The notes: a model not told the origin generated them from the sequence alone. Positions 1-10,135 are shown, numbered from the stretch's first letter. The stretch: DNA of 64,000 bases from an uncultured virus (IMG/VR IMGVR_UViG_3300032562_000006) (IMGVR_UViG_3300032562_000006), one strand, 5' to 3'. Translations and numbers: made by a program.

Positions 1-308
1 ACCTCGCTCAGACTGTCCAGTACTACTGACTCGAAATCGTGATCCCCCGCTAGGAGCCATTCGTACGCCTTGCTCATCGTACGAAACTGCCGGACTGGCA
101 CGATGGCAGTGTCCCAGGTGCCGTCAGCCTTCGGCGGGCGATCCCTTGTCGGGTCCCACAGGATCTTACGGCTAGGAGTGAACCGGCTGCCTGTCTCAGC
201 GTCCAGCACTAGCCGAGGCCCCGGAGTTGTGTCTCCTAGCCAGCTCTTACCGTGCTTGGAAAACCCGTGGATGAGAAACGTCACCCCTGGCGGTGGTGCT
301 TCAGTCAT
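1..308 (-). CDS. AAA_24 / Sak4-like phage NTP-binding (recombination) protein, truncated by window edge
   Basis: Manual translation from ATG at 308: MTEAPPPGVTFLIHGFSKHGKSWLGDTTPGPRLVLDAETG...FESVVLDSLSE. Has Walker A GxxKxGKS, LVLDAE and VVLDSLSE motifs typical of AAA_24. Not in the ORF track. Confidence 0.8.
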   Translation of the reverse strand, partial: MTEAPPPGVTFLIHGFSKHGKSWLGDTTPGPRLVLDAETGSRFTPSRKILWDPTRDRPPKADGTWDTAIVPVRQFRTMSKAYEWLLAGDHDFESVVLDSLSE

Positions 309-915
309 TACCTTCCTCGTTTCCCTCCGTGCTGATATGACTGAGTGTATCAGCTTCCTGCTCCGGTAGCAAGTCCGTTTCCTGAAGAGCTGCTTTTTTT
401 GCTCGACTTACCTCCCATCGCTGACGCATGATCTCACTTCGCTCCTCTGGCGGGATCTTGCTCCACATCCGGCGGAATCCCTGACTGATAGCTTCTATTT
501 GCGCGGGTGTCTTTACATAACCTCCCTGTGCCCTGCGTGTTGCTACCTTGCGATAGTTTACGTCATCGTAGGCTAGGTGACACTTACGGCAGAGCGGGAT
601 GTAGTCCGTCATCGGGTCTAGGCCATCCGTGTTGTGCACTGTCGCCCACTCCTTCGCAGGATTACCGCAATGATCACATATCTGGTCTGCGGCTCGGCCG
701 CGTGCACGGTAGACACGATAGTGAAGTGTCGCGTAGGATGGTTCCTGTGTTGCTTTCCTCTTGCTGGCCGATCCGGTCTTTCTGCAATCTGTACTGCAGT
801 AACGACGTCGTTTGTACTGACTCACGTACTCCCCGTCACGACGCAGTATCTCCTTGCCGCACTGCTCGCAGATTCTCGGCTCTTGCTCCACGTGACTCCC
901 TCCGGTGCTGTTCAT
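301..915 (-). CDS. HNH-type (homing-like) endonuclease with N-terminal Zn finger
   Basis: CxxC...YCSxxC finger, then YATLHYRV...CDHCG...EWA...YIPLCRKCHLAYD, and a NUMOD-like basic tail. Confidence 0.65.
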   Translation of the reverse strand: MNSTGGSHVEQEPRICEQCGKEILRRDGEYVSQYKRRRYCSTDCRKTGSASKRKATQEPSYATLHYRVYRARGRAADQICDHCGNPAKEWATVHNTDGLDPMTDYIPLCRKCHLAYDDVNYRKVATRRAQGGYVKTPAQIEAISQGFRRMWSKIPPEERSEIMRQRWEVSRAKKAALQETDLLPEQEADTLSHISTEGNEEGND

Positions 916-951
916 TCATAGTAGACCGGTTTTAGTTAAGGAGCAAGGGAT

Positions 952-1425
952 ATGACTGAGCAGTCAAGGTCGATGCGGGCCGCTCTGTGGGCGGATCCTG
1001 GCGGCACAACCGGACTGGCGCTGTGGGATTTCGTCGAACAGAGATTCAATAGTACGCAACTTCAGTTCCGCGAGACCGGAGCCCTTGTCGAGGACCTTGT
1101 GACACGCTATGGTAGTGACTTCTACCTTGGGTACGAGCAGTTCACGATCACGCCTGGTAGGCAGATAAAGCACGATGGATCCGCACTCATGGTCATTGGT
1201 ATGCTAAGATGGCTCACAGTTAAGCATAACGTGGCGATGCTCCCGTCCCAGCCCCCCTCGGCACGGAGGCTAGGGCTCAAGCATCTGAAAACACTTGGAT
1301 GGTACCGGGCCGGACAGCAGCACGGAATGGATGCAGCAGGTCATCTTGCGACCTGGGCTATCACTAACGATCTGCTTCCCGAGGAACTGAAGGAGCGACT
1401 GCGGGATGTCAGTAGCGGGGCTTGA
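952..1425 (+). CDS. RuvC-like Holliday junction resolvase
   Basis: ADPGGTTGLA N-terminal motif, conserved E (YEQF), C-terminal HGMDAAGH. Confidence 0.7.
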   Translation: MTEQSRSMRAALWADPGGTTGLALWDFVEQRFNSTQLQFRETGALVEDLVTRYGSDFYLGYEQFTITPGRQIKHDGSALMVIGMLRWLTVKHNVAMLPSQPPSARRLGLKHLKTLGWYRAGQQHGMDAAGHLATWAITNDLLPEELKERLRDVSSGA

Positions 1426-3190
1426 CGAGGATACCATCATCCTCACCTGCAGTTATGCGGAAAGGGATCTGGTCATGCAGATCCCCGGCTCCCGCTGGGA
1501 TAAGAACCTGCAGCTGTGGCGGATGCCGCTGACCTGGGCGGCAGCGCTCCAGCTCCGCAGCCTGTTCGGCTCCGCTCTCGACCTGACGCCGGAACTGCAG
1601 GAGTGGGCCTGGCAGGTGAAGAACACCCGGATCGACCCCGCGATGGCGCTGCGCGAACTGCTGGAGCTACCTGACAGCAGCACTGATGAAGTCGCGTTTC
1701 ACGTGAAACAATGGCTGGACAAGATCGAGGCCGGGGGTGAGCTGCAGCTCAAGCCGTTCCAGCAGGCTGACGTCGCCTTCCTGGTCACCTGCGGCCAGGC
1801 GATTCTGGGGAACCAGCCGGGATCTGGCAAGTCACCGGTCACAATCAGGACGTTGCAGGTGCTGCAGCGGATGGGTCTGGATCCGTATCCCGCCCTCATC
1901 ATCTGCCCGAACAGCCTCAAGAATACGGTGTGGGCGAAGGAGCTGGCAGCCTGGGCACCCGAACTGTCGGTCACGGTGGTCGGCGGAACAGCACCCGCCC
2001 GCCGCAAGCAGATTGAGTCAGCCACCGACGTGACCGTCATCAACTACGAGTCACTGCGGCTGCACACTCGCGAAGCAGGCTACGGCACCATCCGGCTCAG
2101 TGACAAGCAGAAGGCGCGCAAGGAGCTGAACGAGGCGGGCTATCGCACTGTTGTCTGTGATGAGGCACACCGCCTCCGGCATGCGGACACTGCCCTCACC
2201 CGCAGCTCGTGGGCTGTCCTCCACGACGCAGAGTTCCGGTTCCTGCTGACCGGCACCCCCGTCAACAACCACGTCGGGGATCTGTGGGGTCTGCTGCACG
2301 GTATCCAGCCTGACTGGCACCCGCGCTACACCCGCTACCTCACTAGATACGGGCTAATCGGGTACAACTGGTTCGGCGGAACAGAAATCCTCGGTCTCAA
2401 GCCGGAGACTGCCTCCGAATTCCGGGCGATCACTGAGCCCGCGTTCCGCCGGATGCTGAAAAGTGCCGTGCTGCCGCAGCTCCCGCCGAAGCTGCCTCCC
2501 TCGGTACGCGAGACTCCGATGTCCCCGAAGCAGGCGAAAGCCTACCAGCAGATGGAGAAGAATCTGCTTACCGTCCTCGACGACGGTGAGATACTCAGTG
2601 CCCCGTCCGCACTTGCGCAGGCCACGCGATTGCTGCAGTTTGCGTCGTCCTCGGCTATGATTGATGAGGCGGGCGAGGTGCAGCTCAAGAATCCGTCGTC
2701 TAAAGTCGATGACCTGCTGGACCTGCTGGGCGAGATGGACGAGGATGAGCCGCTGGTTGTGGCAGCGGTGTCGCGGAAGCTAATCGAGCTTGCAGCAGCG
2801 AGGCTGACGGAGAAGAAGATCCGGCATGGGCTGGTGACCGGGGCGCAGTCCACCGTCGAGCGGGCGAAGGCGGTCCAGGACTTCCAGGACGGGCGCATCC
2901 GTGTCATACTGATGACACTGGGAGCCGGAGCGGAGGGCCTGACCCTGACACGAGCGAATGTCATATGCTTCATGCAAAAAGCGTGGAGCCCCCAAGTTAA
3001 CGAACAAGCTGTCGATCGCATCCACCGCATAGGATCTGAGATCCACGATGAGATTCGCATAATCGAGCAGGTCACACCCAACAGTATAGAGCAGCGCGTC
3101 CGTGATATACTTGAGGTCAAGGCGTTCCGCATCGAAGAAATTCTAGCCGACGAGCAATCACTGCGAAAGATACTGGGAGCGAATGGCTAA
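1406..3190 (+). CDS. SNF2-family (SF2) helicase
   Basis: QPGSGKS, CPNSLK, DEAH, LTGTP, GAEGLTL and QAVDRIHRIG motifs. Confidence 0.9.
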   Translation: MSVAGLDEDTIILTCSYAERDLVMQIPGSRWDKNLQLWRMPLTWAAALQLRSLFGSALDLTPELQEWAWQVKNTRIDPAMALRELLELPDSSTDEVAFHVKQWLDKIEAGGELQLKPFQQADVAFLVTCGQAILGNQPGSGKSPVTIRTLQVLQRMGLDPYPALIICPNSLKNTVWAKELAAWAPELSVTVVGGTAPARRKQIESATDVTVINYESLRLHTREAGYGTIRLSDKQKARKELNEAGYRTVVCDEAHRLRHADTALTRSSWAVLHDAEFRFLLTGTPVNNHVGDLWGLLHGIQPDWHPRYTRYLTRYGLIGYNWFGGTEILGLKPETASEFRAITEPAFRRMLKSAVLPQLPPKLPPSVRETPMSPKQAKAYQQMEKNLLTVLDDGEILSAPSALAQATRLLQFASSSAMIDEAGEVQLKNPSSKVDDLLDLLGEMDEDEPLVVAAVSRKLIELAAARLTEKKIRHGLVTGAQSTVERAKAVQDFQDGRIRVILMTLGAGAEGLTLTRANVICFMQKAWSPQVNEQAVDRIHRIGSEIHDEIRIIEQVTPNSIEQRVRDILEVKAFRIEEILADEQSLRKILGANG

Positions 3191-3258
3191 GTGTGAACCT
3201 GGGTGCCGGCAGGGAGTGGAGTGGATTACCGGTCAACCTAGAACTAGAGGAGACGCGA

Positions 3259-3669
3259 ATGGAGCCTGAGTCAATGATCGTCATGATAATCCCGCAGGTC
3301 GTGAAGAAGGTGGACGCGCACATCGATGAGATGACGGCACAGCGGTACAAGGACCAGCCGCTCGCACAGGACTGGGCACGTGTCGCTAAGCTAGCCGAGG
3401 AAGTGGGCGAGGCGGTGTCGGAGATGATTCTGTGGACCGGTCAGAATCCGCGCAAAACGGAGCATCCCGGTGCCCGGGTGAAGCTGCTCGCGGAGCTGGC
3501 GGACACGGCGATGGCGAGCATCTACGCCATCCAGCACTTTACCAAGGACGTGTTCGAGACGCAGGCCGTGATGGTCGCTGCGCAGAAGCGTCACCTGGCA
3601 CGGGTGATCGAGCAAGAGGGCGGCGATGGTGACAACGGGACGATACGACTTCCGGGAGCAGTTGCTTGA
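3259..3669 (+). CDS. MazG-like nucleotide pyrophosphohydrolase
   Basis: KLAEEVGEAV...ELAD (ExxE...ExxD). Start chosen at ATG 3259 after GAGGAG. Confidence 0.7.
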   Translation: MEPESMIVMIIPQVVKKVDAHIDEMTAQRYKDQPLAQDWARVAKLAEEVGEAVSEMILWTGQNPRKTEHPGARVKLLAELADTAMASIYAIQHFTKDVFETQAVMVAAQKRHLARVIEQEGGDGDNGTIRLPGAVA

Positions 3670-3949
3670 CGGAGCTAAGCAGCTGGTCACTCAGGAACGG
3701 AATGCGGAATACGGGGAACCTCATCAGGACTTCGCCCGCATCGCGGAGATGCTGAACGCCCTGGGCTACCGAGGTCCGGGTCCGGGCGGCCGGATGCTGA
3801 TGCCCCGGGACGTGGCTGTCATCCAGATCTGCCTGAAGCTGAGCCGCCTGGTGTGGACGCCTAGTAAGATGGACTCGGTGATGGACATCGCTGGCTACAG
3901 TGCCTGTTACTGGGACTGCATTGCGCATGAGGAGGATGAGGACGCATGA
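3626..3949 (+). CDS. DUF6378-like phage protein
   Basis: L..A..LV..ERNAEYG.P...F.RIA...KLSR...DSVMDIAGY pattern. Confidence 0.75.
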   Translation: MVTTGRYDFREQLLDGAKQLVTQERNAEYGEPHQDFARIAEMLNALGYRGPGPGGRMLMPRDVAVIQICLKLSRLVWTPSKMDSVMDIAGYSACYWDCIAHEEDEDA

Positions 3950-4101
3950 TCTGCAAGGCGTGCCGGGAAGGTGCCGCCCTGTACCTAGAGGGAAAGGACG
4001 CGGAAGCGGAGGCGAGGCACCGAGATGGCTGCCCCGGCCTGACGTGGTGCTTCTGCGCTCATAAGAAACCTCCGACGGGAAAGATATACGCGCGGTCGTA
4101 G
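3946..4101 (+). CDS. Small Cys/His-rich protein (51 aa)
   Basis: Manual translation MICKACREG...HRDGCPGLTWCFCAH. ATGA overlap with the upstream gene; fills the gap to 4103. Confidence 0.6.
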   Translation: MICKACREGAALYLEGKDAEAEARHRDGCPGLTWCFCAHKKPPTGKIYARS

Positions 4102-4102
4102 C

Positions 4103-4720
4103 ATGCCTGACAATGACGTGGTGCACGAAGGGCTGAGTTCCGGCCCTAGCTCTGGCCCTGGCGTGGACCGGCAGGGCAATCAGGTCATTGACCCGACCAA
4201 GAACGTGGACGCCCTGGTCCGCGCTGCTATCCAGCGGCAGGATGACCTGCGCGTCGCCGAATCTAGTCACATCCGCGAGCTGATGTCTATCCGGGCGAGC
4301 TACGAGGAGAAGCTGCGAACGCAGGAGTCAGCTCGCATCGACGCGATCCGGCAGGTTGACGTCAGCGCGGTTGCGCGAGCGGCGGAGGTGTCGGCGGCGC
4401 AGGCGTCCACCCTGGCGACGCAGCAGCAGGCGTCAGCCGACGCACTCCGCAACCAGGTGGAGCAGGCGCGCATCGCCACCGCCGATGCCCTCGCCCAGGC
4501 GCTCGCCCCGATCACCAAGTCGATCGAAGACCTGCGTGCCGCTCAGTACCAGCAGCAGGGCGAGAAATCCTCGAAGGTGGAAACGTCCTCCTCCGACCGG
4601 GACCTGGTGGCGATTGAGCAGGCTCGCATCCAGGCGTCACAGGCACGGATGCAGCTGTTCGCCCTGGTGATCGCTGCGATCGTGCTGGCAATCGGTATCT
4701 ACACTGCATTTCATAAGTGA
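4103..4720 (+). CDS. Coiled-coil protein with C-terminal transmembrane helix
   Basis: Ala/Gln-rich helical region and hydrophobic C-terminus LFALVIAAIVLAIGIY. Confidence 0.65.
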   Translation: MPDNDVVHEGLSSGPSSGPGVDRQGNQVIDPTKNVDALVRAAIQRQDDLRVAESSHIRELMSIRASYEEKLRTQESARIDAIRQVDVSAVARAAEVSAAQASTLATQQQASADALRNQVEQARIATADALAQALAPITKSIEDLRAAQYQQQGEKSSKVETSSSDRDLVAIEQARIQASQARMQLFALVIAAIVLAIGIYTAFHK

Positions 4721-4766
4721 AGCGTGCTATGCTGAGGGCAGTGACGCCGGAAGGAAGCGAGAACTT

Positions 4767-6551
4767 GTGGGAGCCTCACCACTAGAAGCGGTGGAATTGC
4801 ACCTCGTCACTAACTTGGACGAGGCTCTCGCACTCAAGCGCTGGCTGGGGGAGCGGCGCGAGATTCTAGGCGTGGACACTGAGTCGTCGGGACTGAATCC
4901 GAGCAGTGACAGCCTGAGGCTGGTGCAGGTGGGCGATCAGGACACCGGCTGGGCGATTCCGTGGCCGCTGTGGGGCGGACTGGCGCAGGAGGTGCTGCGC
5001 AGCTACGAGGGACCGATGGTCCTCCACAACCTCCCGCACGACTGGAGGTTCCTGTCGATTCAGGGCGGGATTGACCTGCCCTGGCACCGGCTGCACGATA
5101 CGCTGATCCTAGCCGCACTGGATGATCCGATGCGAGCGCGCGGGCTGAAGCCGCTATCGCGGCGGCTGATCGACCCGAAGGCGGACTCCGGTCAGCGTGC
5201 CCTGGATGACGGCATGAAGAGGAACGGCTGGACCTGGGGGTCAGTTCCCTATGACTTCGCTCCGTACTGGGCGTACTCAGCCCTGGACCCGGTGCTGACA
5301 AGCAGGCTATGGTCGCATCTGTACCCGCGTGTGATGGCGAGCTGTCCCGAGGCGTACGACGTGGAGCTGGCAGTCAACAAGATCTGCGTGAACATGATGC
5401 TCAAGGGCATCCTCATCGACCCCGCCTACATCACGCAGGCCCGGCTGAAGCTGGAAACCTACGCCTCGGAAGCGCGCACCTGGCTGGACGCAGCCTACGG
5501 CATCACCAGCGTGCTCAGTGCCCGGCAGATTTCCGCCGCACTGGAAAAACATGGTGAGCCGCCAACGGAGTTCACCCCGAAGTCCGGGCTGCCGAAGATG
5601 GACAAGGAATTCCTGGCACGCGTCCGCGACTTCGGATCGACTCCGCAGGCACGGGAGATAGCGGAGCAGGTGCTCGGCGTACGGCACGCCGAGAAGATGA
5701 TGTCGTCCTATCTGGACAACTTCATCAAGAGCGCGGATGCCGATGACGTGGTGCGCTGCCAGATCTGGCAGGCCGAGGCGATCACTGGCCGGATGAGCAT
5801 CACCTCGCCTGCGCTGCAGACGCTCAGCCGGGATGACACGTTCATCCGGGGCAGTTTCATCCCCCGGCCGGATCACGTATTCATCAGCGCGGACTACGGT
5901 CAGCTGGAAGGACGCCTGGCTGCGCACTATGCTCAGGACGAGGGCATGATACAGATGTTCCTCGACTCGGATGCGGGCGGCACTGACTTTTTCGCCGGGA
6001 TTGCCTCTCAGATCTGGGCTAGGCACATCAGCAAGAAGGAACAGGAACGGCAGCTGTGCAAGAACGTGGTGTACGGTGCATGCTTCGGTGCCGGGATTGC
6101 TAAGATGGCACAAACGGCAGGCGTGTCGTACGAGGTGATGCGACCTGTCAAGGAGGCATTCGATGCTCACTACCCTGGCCTTAAGGAGTTTACCCGGGTT
6201 ATTGTGCGCGAGGCTAAGGGAACAGCTGCGCGAGAGGGACGCCCTGCTGTGCGGTCTGGCCTCCGGCGCTACTTGCCGGTCGAGCCGGGCAAGGAGTACG
6301 TGGCGGTCAACCGCGTGATCCAGGCTGAGGGTGCCGAGGTGCTCAAGATGGCGATGCTGGAACTGGATGCTGCCGGGCTCGGGGACTGCATGCTCCTTCC
6401 GATTCACGATGAAATCTTGTTCGAAGTGCACAAGGATGAGGCGGATGAAGTCTGCCGTACAATAGAAGATGTCATGTCTGTGCGGGGCAGGTACCGTGTC
6501 CCGCTGCTGGTCAAGGCCGAGGTCCTGCCAGTCCGCTGGGCGAAGGGCTAG
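4767..6551 (+). CDS. polA: DNA polymerase family A (3'-5' exonuclease + polymerase)
   Basis: Exonuclease motifs VDTESSGL, HNLPHD, YSALD. Polymerase motifs TGRMS, ADYGQLE, RQLCKNVVYG, IHDE. Confidence 0.93.
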   Translation: MGASPLEAVELHLVTNLDEALALKRWLGERREILGVDTESSGLNPSSDSLRLVQVGDQDTGWAIPWPLWGGLAQEVLRSYEGPMVLHNLPHDWRFLSIQGGIDLPWHRLHDTLILAALDDPMRARGLKPLSRRLIDPKADSGQRALDDGMKRNGWTWGSVPYDFAPYWAYSALDPVLTSRLWSHLYPRVMASCPEAYDVELAVNKICVNMMLKGILIDPAYITQARLKLETYASEARTWLDAAYGITSVLSARQISAALEKHGEPPTEFTPKSGLPKMDKEFLARVRDFGSTPQAREIAEQVLGVRHAEKMMSSYLDNFIKSADADDVVRCQIWQAEAITGRMSITSPALQTLSRDDTFIRGSFIPRPDHVFISADYGQLEGRLAAHYAQDEGMIQMFLDSDAGGTDFFAGIASQIWARHISKKEQERQLCKNVVYGACFGAGIAKMAQTAGVSYEVMRPVKEAFDAHYPGLKEFTRVIVREAKGTAAREGRPAVRSGLRRYLPVEPGKEYVAVNRVIQAEGAEVLKMAMLELDAAGLGDCMLLPIHDEILFEVHKDEADEVCRTIEDVMSVRGRYRVPLLVKAEVLPVRWAKG

Positions 6552-6556
6552 CACGC

Positions 6557-6594
6557 AAGCGCCCGTCCGGCTAACTGCACCGGACGGGCGCTTT
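6557..6594 (+). terminator. Intrinsic terminator between convergent genes
   Basis: AAGCGCCCGTCCGG ... CCGGACGGGCGCTT inverted repeat just after the polA stop. Confidence 0.7.
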
Positions 6595-6621
6595 AACTGA
6601 GGCCATCGCTTCTGGTCAGGT

Positions 6622-6936
6622 TCATCCGTCGGCGTCAGGTGGCATCACCTCCTCACCCACCTCGAAGTGCTGGAGCCGCCACTCGACTGCCCGGTTGAGC
6701 GCGCGCCATCCTTCCGGGCTGAATGCCACGCATCCGGTCAGCCCGGACGACATGTACCGCTCCTGGTACACCACCCAGACGGTTGGCTCCTCCACCTGCC
6801 GACCGTCGGGACTGAATCCACGTCGCACTCCCACCCACAGCGCCTGCGGAACGACTTCAGTTCTATCCGGAGCCTCTTCGACAAAGGTGAAATCCGAGCT
6901 GAGACCACCGTCATCGACTAGCTCTTCGTCAGGCAT
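6622..6936 (-). CDS. Hypothetical protein
   Basis: ORF track; part of a tightly packed minus-strand run. Confidence 0.55.
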   Translation of the reverse strand: MPDEELVDDGGLSSDFTFVEEAPDRTEVVPQALWVGVRRGFSPDGRQVEEPTVWVVYQERYMSSGLTGCVAFSPEGWRALNRAVEWRLQHFEVGEEVMPPDADG

Positions 6937-7157
6937 CCGGCTGTTCCTGCGGAGTATGCTCGTGCACTGTCCCGTCAGAATACGACACGCGAACCCAGAC
7001 TGCAGTGACTCCTAGCTCTTCTCTAGATGGCACGATTACTGCACCTGGCTCCTCTACTAGCTGGGACCAGACTACTTTGTCCGTTCCCCGTTCGAGCAGC
7101 TCTATCAGGAACGGAAAAGCGTCTTCACAAAGATCGATGAATTCGACGGGACGCTCG

Positions 7158-7466
7158 TCAGGCACCGGGCTGCACCTCCGGCGCACCTGGCCCGAACATT
7201 TCCTGCACGAGCCAGTGCCCGCCCGGTAGCCAGAGCACGGGCTGGTCAGTATTCGCATCCGCGATGACGTAGTCCCCCGCCGCTACGAAAGAGTCACTGA
7301 GAGCTACTCCGGGCCTGCCAATTGCGGCTACCCCGTCATCCCTGACGTAGTGCAGCTGGTCTCCGCAGATTGCGCGCAGTTCCCCTTCGTCATTCCTATT
7401 CCCGCTCCAGGTGACCACCTCCACCTTGACGTCATCGGTGATCCACAGATTACGCTTGGATAGCAT
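7158..7466 (-). CDS. Hypothetical protein
   Basis: Abuts the exonuclease stop; GGAAAGAAGGA upstream. Confidence 0.55.
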   Translation of the reverse strand: MLSKRNLWITDDVKVEVVTWSGNRNDEGELRAICGDQLHYVRDDGVAAIGRPGVALSDSFVAAGDYVIADANTDQPVLWLPGGHWLVQEMFGPGAPEVQPGA

Positions 7467-8441
7467 TCATTCCTTCTTTCCTAGTGCTTCCAGCAGCTCG
7501 TCGATGCTGGTGTCATGGTAGCGTGCCATCGGGTCCACCTGCACGTAGTTGCCAGCGAGCGCATCCGACAGGTGGCTTCCGTCATCTGCTAGGTGGCAGA
7601 CGGACACGAACGGACATCCCCACTCGCAGTAGTCACCCGGGACGGGATATGCAGCAATGTGATGATCAACCCCTGCGTCCAGCTCCCGGCGGGTGTGCGC
7701 GATGCCACTCGCAATCGATCGCACTCGCATCCAGGTGGCGTTCAGGTCGTGCCGGTTGTAGTCGAACTCAATGACGCTGTAGAACGGACCCTTGGCACGG
7801 GCCGTCCTCTTCGAGCGCAGCAGCATCACGTACTGACCGCCACTCGGATGCGGGTGCGCGTGATTCTCTTTCGCCTGCAGCCCCTGGATCATCGAATACG
7901 TTTTCATCTGGGTGTCCCGGAGCAGTCCGTTGGACTTGGAAAGCGTACCGACGGACTTGTAGTCCCGGAAGCGGACAGCGCCGTCCTCAGTGCGGCGGAC
8001 CAGTACGTCCAGCTTGGCCACAAGCTGGAAGAATCCCTCCCTCTGGTCCAGAAAAGGGAGGAGCACGGACGCGTCCCGCTCGGTGGCGACAATCTCGTAA
8101 CCTGCATTGTACCCCTCCTCCGCAGCCCAGTCCAGGAAACCTTCCAGCACGGCGAACGCCATGTCCCGTTCCTTCCGTACCTCCCCTTCGTCAAACGGGT
8201 GCTTTTCCGACACCTGGTCATAGATCCAGCCGAGTGCCTGGAGCGCATCCACTCCGTACCCCTCGTGTGCTTCCAGGGCGAGGTGCAGCCTCGTCCCGAG
8301 CAGTGCCGTCCCCGTCGCCGGAGCTGTCACGGGATCCGTCCCCCATCGCAGGTACGTGCCGAGGTACCAGCGGCGCGGGCACCGAGCCCACGCCGCCATC
8401 TCCGAGTGTGATACGGTCATGATTCCGGGGTCAGCTGCCAT
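7467..8441 (-). CDS. PD-(D/E)XK Cas4/RecB-like exonuclease
   Basis: SHSE...CPRRW, GT.LH..LE, KLD...DYKS, Q...Y and C-terminal C.W.CPF...C cluster. Confidence 0.85.
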   Translation of the reverse strand: MAADPGIMTVSHSEMAAWARCPRRWYLGTYLRWGTDPVTAPATGTALLGTRLHLALEAHEGYGVDALQALGWIYDQVSEKHPFDEGEVRKERDMAFAVLEGFLDWAAEEGYNAGYEIVATERDASVLLPFLDQREGFFQLVAKLDVLVRRTEDGAVRFRDYKSVGTLSKSNGLLRDTQMKTYSMIQGLQAKENHAHPHPSGGQYVMLLRSKRTARAKGPFYSVIEFDYNRHDLNATWMRVRSIASGIAHTRRELDAGVDHHIAAYPVPGDYCEWGCPFVSVCHLADDGSHLSDALAGNYVQVDPMARYHDTSIDELLEALGKKE

Positions 8442-9555
8442 CCCTCAATGATATCAGGGAAGCTAGCCGCCGCGCAATCCGCTCAATCTCCCCGTCGGAT
8501 AGCCGGATGTCGCCACCTTCAGGTTCTATCCGCCGCAGCCTGTCCTGCAGAGCCTGGTTCTCCCGGCGGAGGTCAGCGTTTGCCTGTTCCAGGTCAGCTA
8601 CCATGCTCGCAAACACTCGGCCCTGAGCGGAGATGCTGGCAGCAGCCGGAGCCGGATCCGGAGCAGCGGTGACTGCCGGAGCCGGAGCTGGAGCCGGAGG
8701 AGCACCGAGCGATATCAGGCTCCGGGCTGCGGCTGGGGGTATCCGGAGTGCGGGAGCGGGGACGGGAGCGGGGACGGGGGCGGGAGGCGTGTACGCTTCC
8801 TCTGGTTCCTCCCAGACGGGGCTGCCCTCCCGGAGCGCCTCGGCTTCCGCCATAGCGATGTCATACATCCCGCTGCCGGGCTTCAGCTGATGAACCCTGA
8901 AAAGATGAGTGCCGAGTTCGGCGCGGCTGACAGGGTTATCCATTTGGCAGAAGTTGGCGAACGTGCACCACCAGTTTCTCGGATTTGGATCCGGCACGGC
9001 CGCTGGTCCTCCGCTGGCTGCCGTCACAGGAGTTACTGCGAGTATCCGTTCCTGCAGTTCCTGTGACGCCTGCTCTGGCAGGCTCATGCCGGGCGGGACT
9101 CCCAGGAACTCATTGCTGATCCACCACCTGGACGTGGCACCGGGGCGCGTGCCCTCCTTCTTAGTTGTCATCGCGTCCCTGCCCCGGGACATGATACTCA
9201 CGTTCCTGCTGGTGAGCAGCCAGTTGGTGACAGCGCTGCGCGCCTTGTCCAGCGGCAGGTCATGGGACGGAAGAGGTGACGCCCCGGCTGTCCATATGTC
9301 CGGGTATACCCCGGGCAGCTCTCCGTTCCAGGTGAACCCGTCTATTCCGTGCTGGATAGCTTCCTTGCCTTCGCGCTTTGCGCGGGCTAGCACGTAGCGG
9401 TACACCTTCCAGGCGGCGAGAATGAGTTCCTCGCTCCCGCTGCCTGGCTCCGGTATGTCACCGCCTCGCATTCTTACGACAGCGACGTCTGCTAGCGGGA
9501 ATGTCCCCCTTCCGTTTTCGCTTGCCTTATGATTGCCTGCTCCGGTATCGGACAT
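8431..9555 (-). CDS. Hypothetical protein (C2H2-like finger, Pro/Ala linker, coiled coil)
   Basis: 374 aa ORF with GGAAGGAAGGAA start motif. Confidence 0.65.
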   Translation of the reverse strand: MSDTGAGNHKASENGRGTFPLADVAVVRMRGGDIPEPGSGSEELILAAWKVYRYVLARAKREGKEAIQHGIDGFTWNGELPGVYPDIWTAGASPLPSHDLPLDKARSAVTNWLLTSRNVSIMSRGRDAMTTKKEGTRPGATSRWWISNEFLGVPPGMSLPEQASQELQERILAVTPVTAASGGPAAVPDPNPRNWWCTFANFCQMDNPVSRAELGTHLFRVHQLKPGSGMYDIAMAEAEALREGSPVWEEPEEAYTPPAPVPAPVPAPALRIPPAAARSLISLGAPPAPAPAPAVTAAPDPAPAAASISAQGRVFASMVADLEQANADLRRENQALQDRLRRIEPEGGDIRLSDGEIERIARRLASLISLRDGS

Positions 9556-9586
9556 GTGTTCCTTCCTTCCTCGTGATGCAGTATTG

Positions 9587-10135
9587 CTACTCGAAGACTA
9601 CTGGTCTCCGCATCAGCGCGTCGATCACCCGGTCCTTCGTCCTGAGCTTCCGCATCACGCGGGCGGCAAGATAGGAGAAGCTGCCGGTCTTCGGGCCGTT
9701 TCCCCATCGCATGGCGTTGACTAGCTCCTCGGGCGTCCTGGCATAGGTGATAGTAGGGATCACTACCTCCGCGTCGAACAGCGTGTCGTCGTTGGACTCG
9801 TCCCGGTAGTTGGCTGCCGGATGACAGCGAGAGCACGGTTCCATGTCATCGGCCATGTCCCGGCCGTGCTTGGGGTCGCCGGTGTTGCACCGGGAGCCGT
9901 GCCGGTGGTAGATAACGGACATGCCGAGTACCCGCAGGACGTAGTAGCCGCCCGTCGTCAGGTAGACTTCCATCTCGCTCCACTGGAGCGATTCCGGTAC
10001 CTCGGTGGAATCCTTGGCCATCAGCCAGCCGTCCCATTCCCGGGGCTCGCCTGCTCGGTCCAGGGCCTTGAAGTGCTCTGGGTGCTTCCCTTCCCACAGC
10101 AGCTCGCCATGAGCTTCTGCATGTGCTGCGCTCAT
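9587..10135 (-). CDS. Hypothetical phage protein
   Basis: WSEMEVYLTTGGYYVL...G.S..YH motif. Start at ATG 10135 after GGAGGAA. Confidence 0.6.
   Translation of the reverse strand: MSAAHAEAHGELLWEGKHPEHFKALDRAGEPREWDGWLMAKDSTEVPESLQWSEMEVYLTTGGYYVLRVLGMSVIYHRHGSRCNTGDPKHGRDMADDMEPCSRCHPAANYRDESNDDTLFDAEVVIPTITYARTPEELVNAMRWGNGPKTGSFSYLAARVMRKLRTKDRVIDALMRRPVVFE

Noticed and set aside
3259..6551. 2-aminoadenine (Z-genome) pathway from MazG-like + DUF6378 + PolA
   Set aside because: No PurZ-like gene in the window; these genes are common without base substitution.
5307..6554. Long antisense ORFs (also 2542-3132, 13540-14544, 27071-28126, 45040-46026, 59309-60106)
   Set aside because: These are shadows of real high-GC genes on the opposite strand, with no motifs or RBS.
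7467..8441. Cas4-like gene as evidence of a CRISPR-Cas system
   Set aside because: Solo Cas4/RecB-like nucleases are common in phage recombination modules; no other cas genes or array are present.
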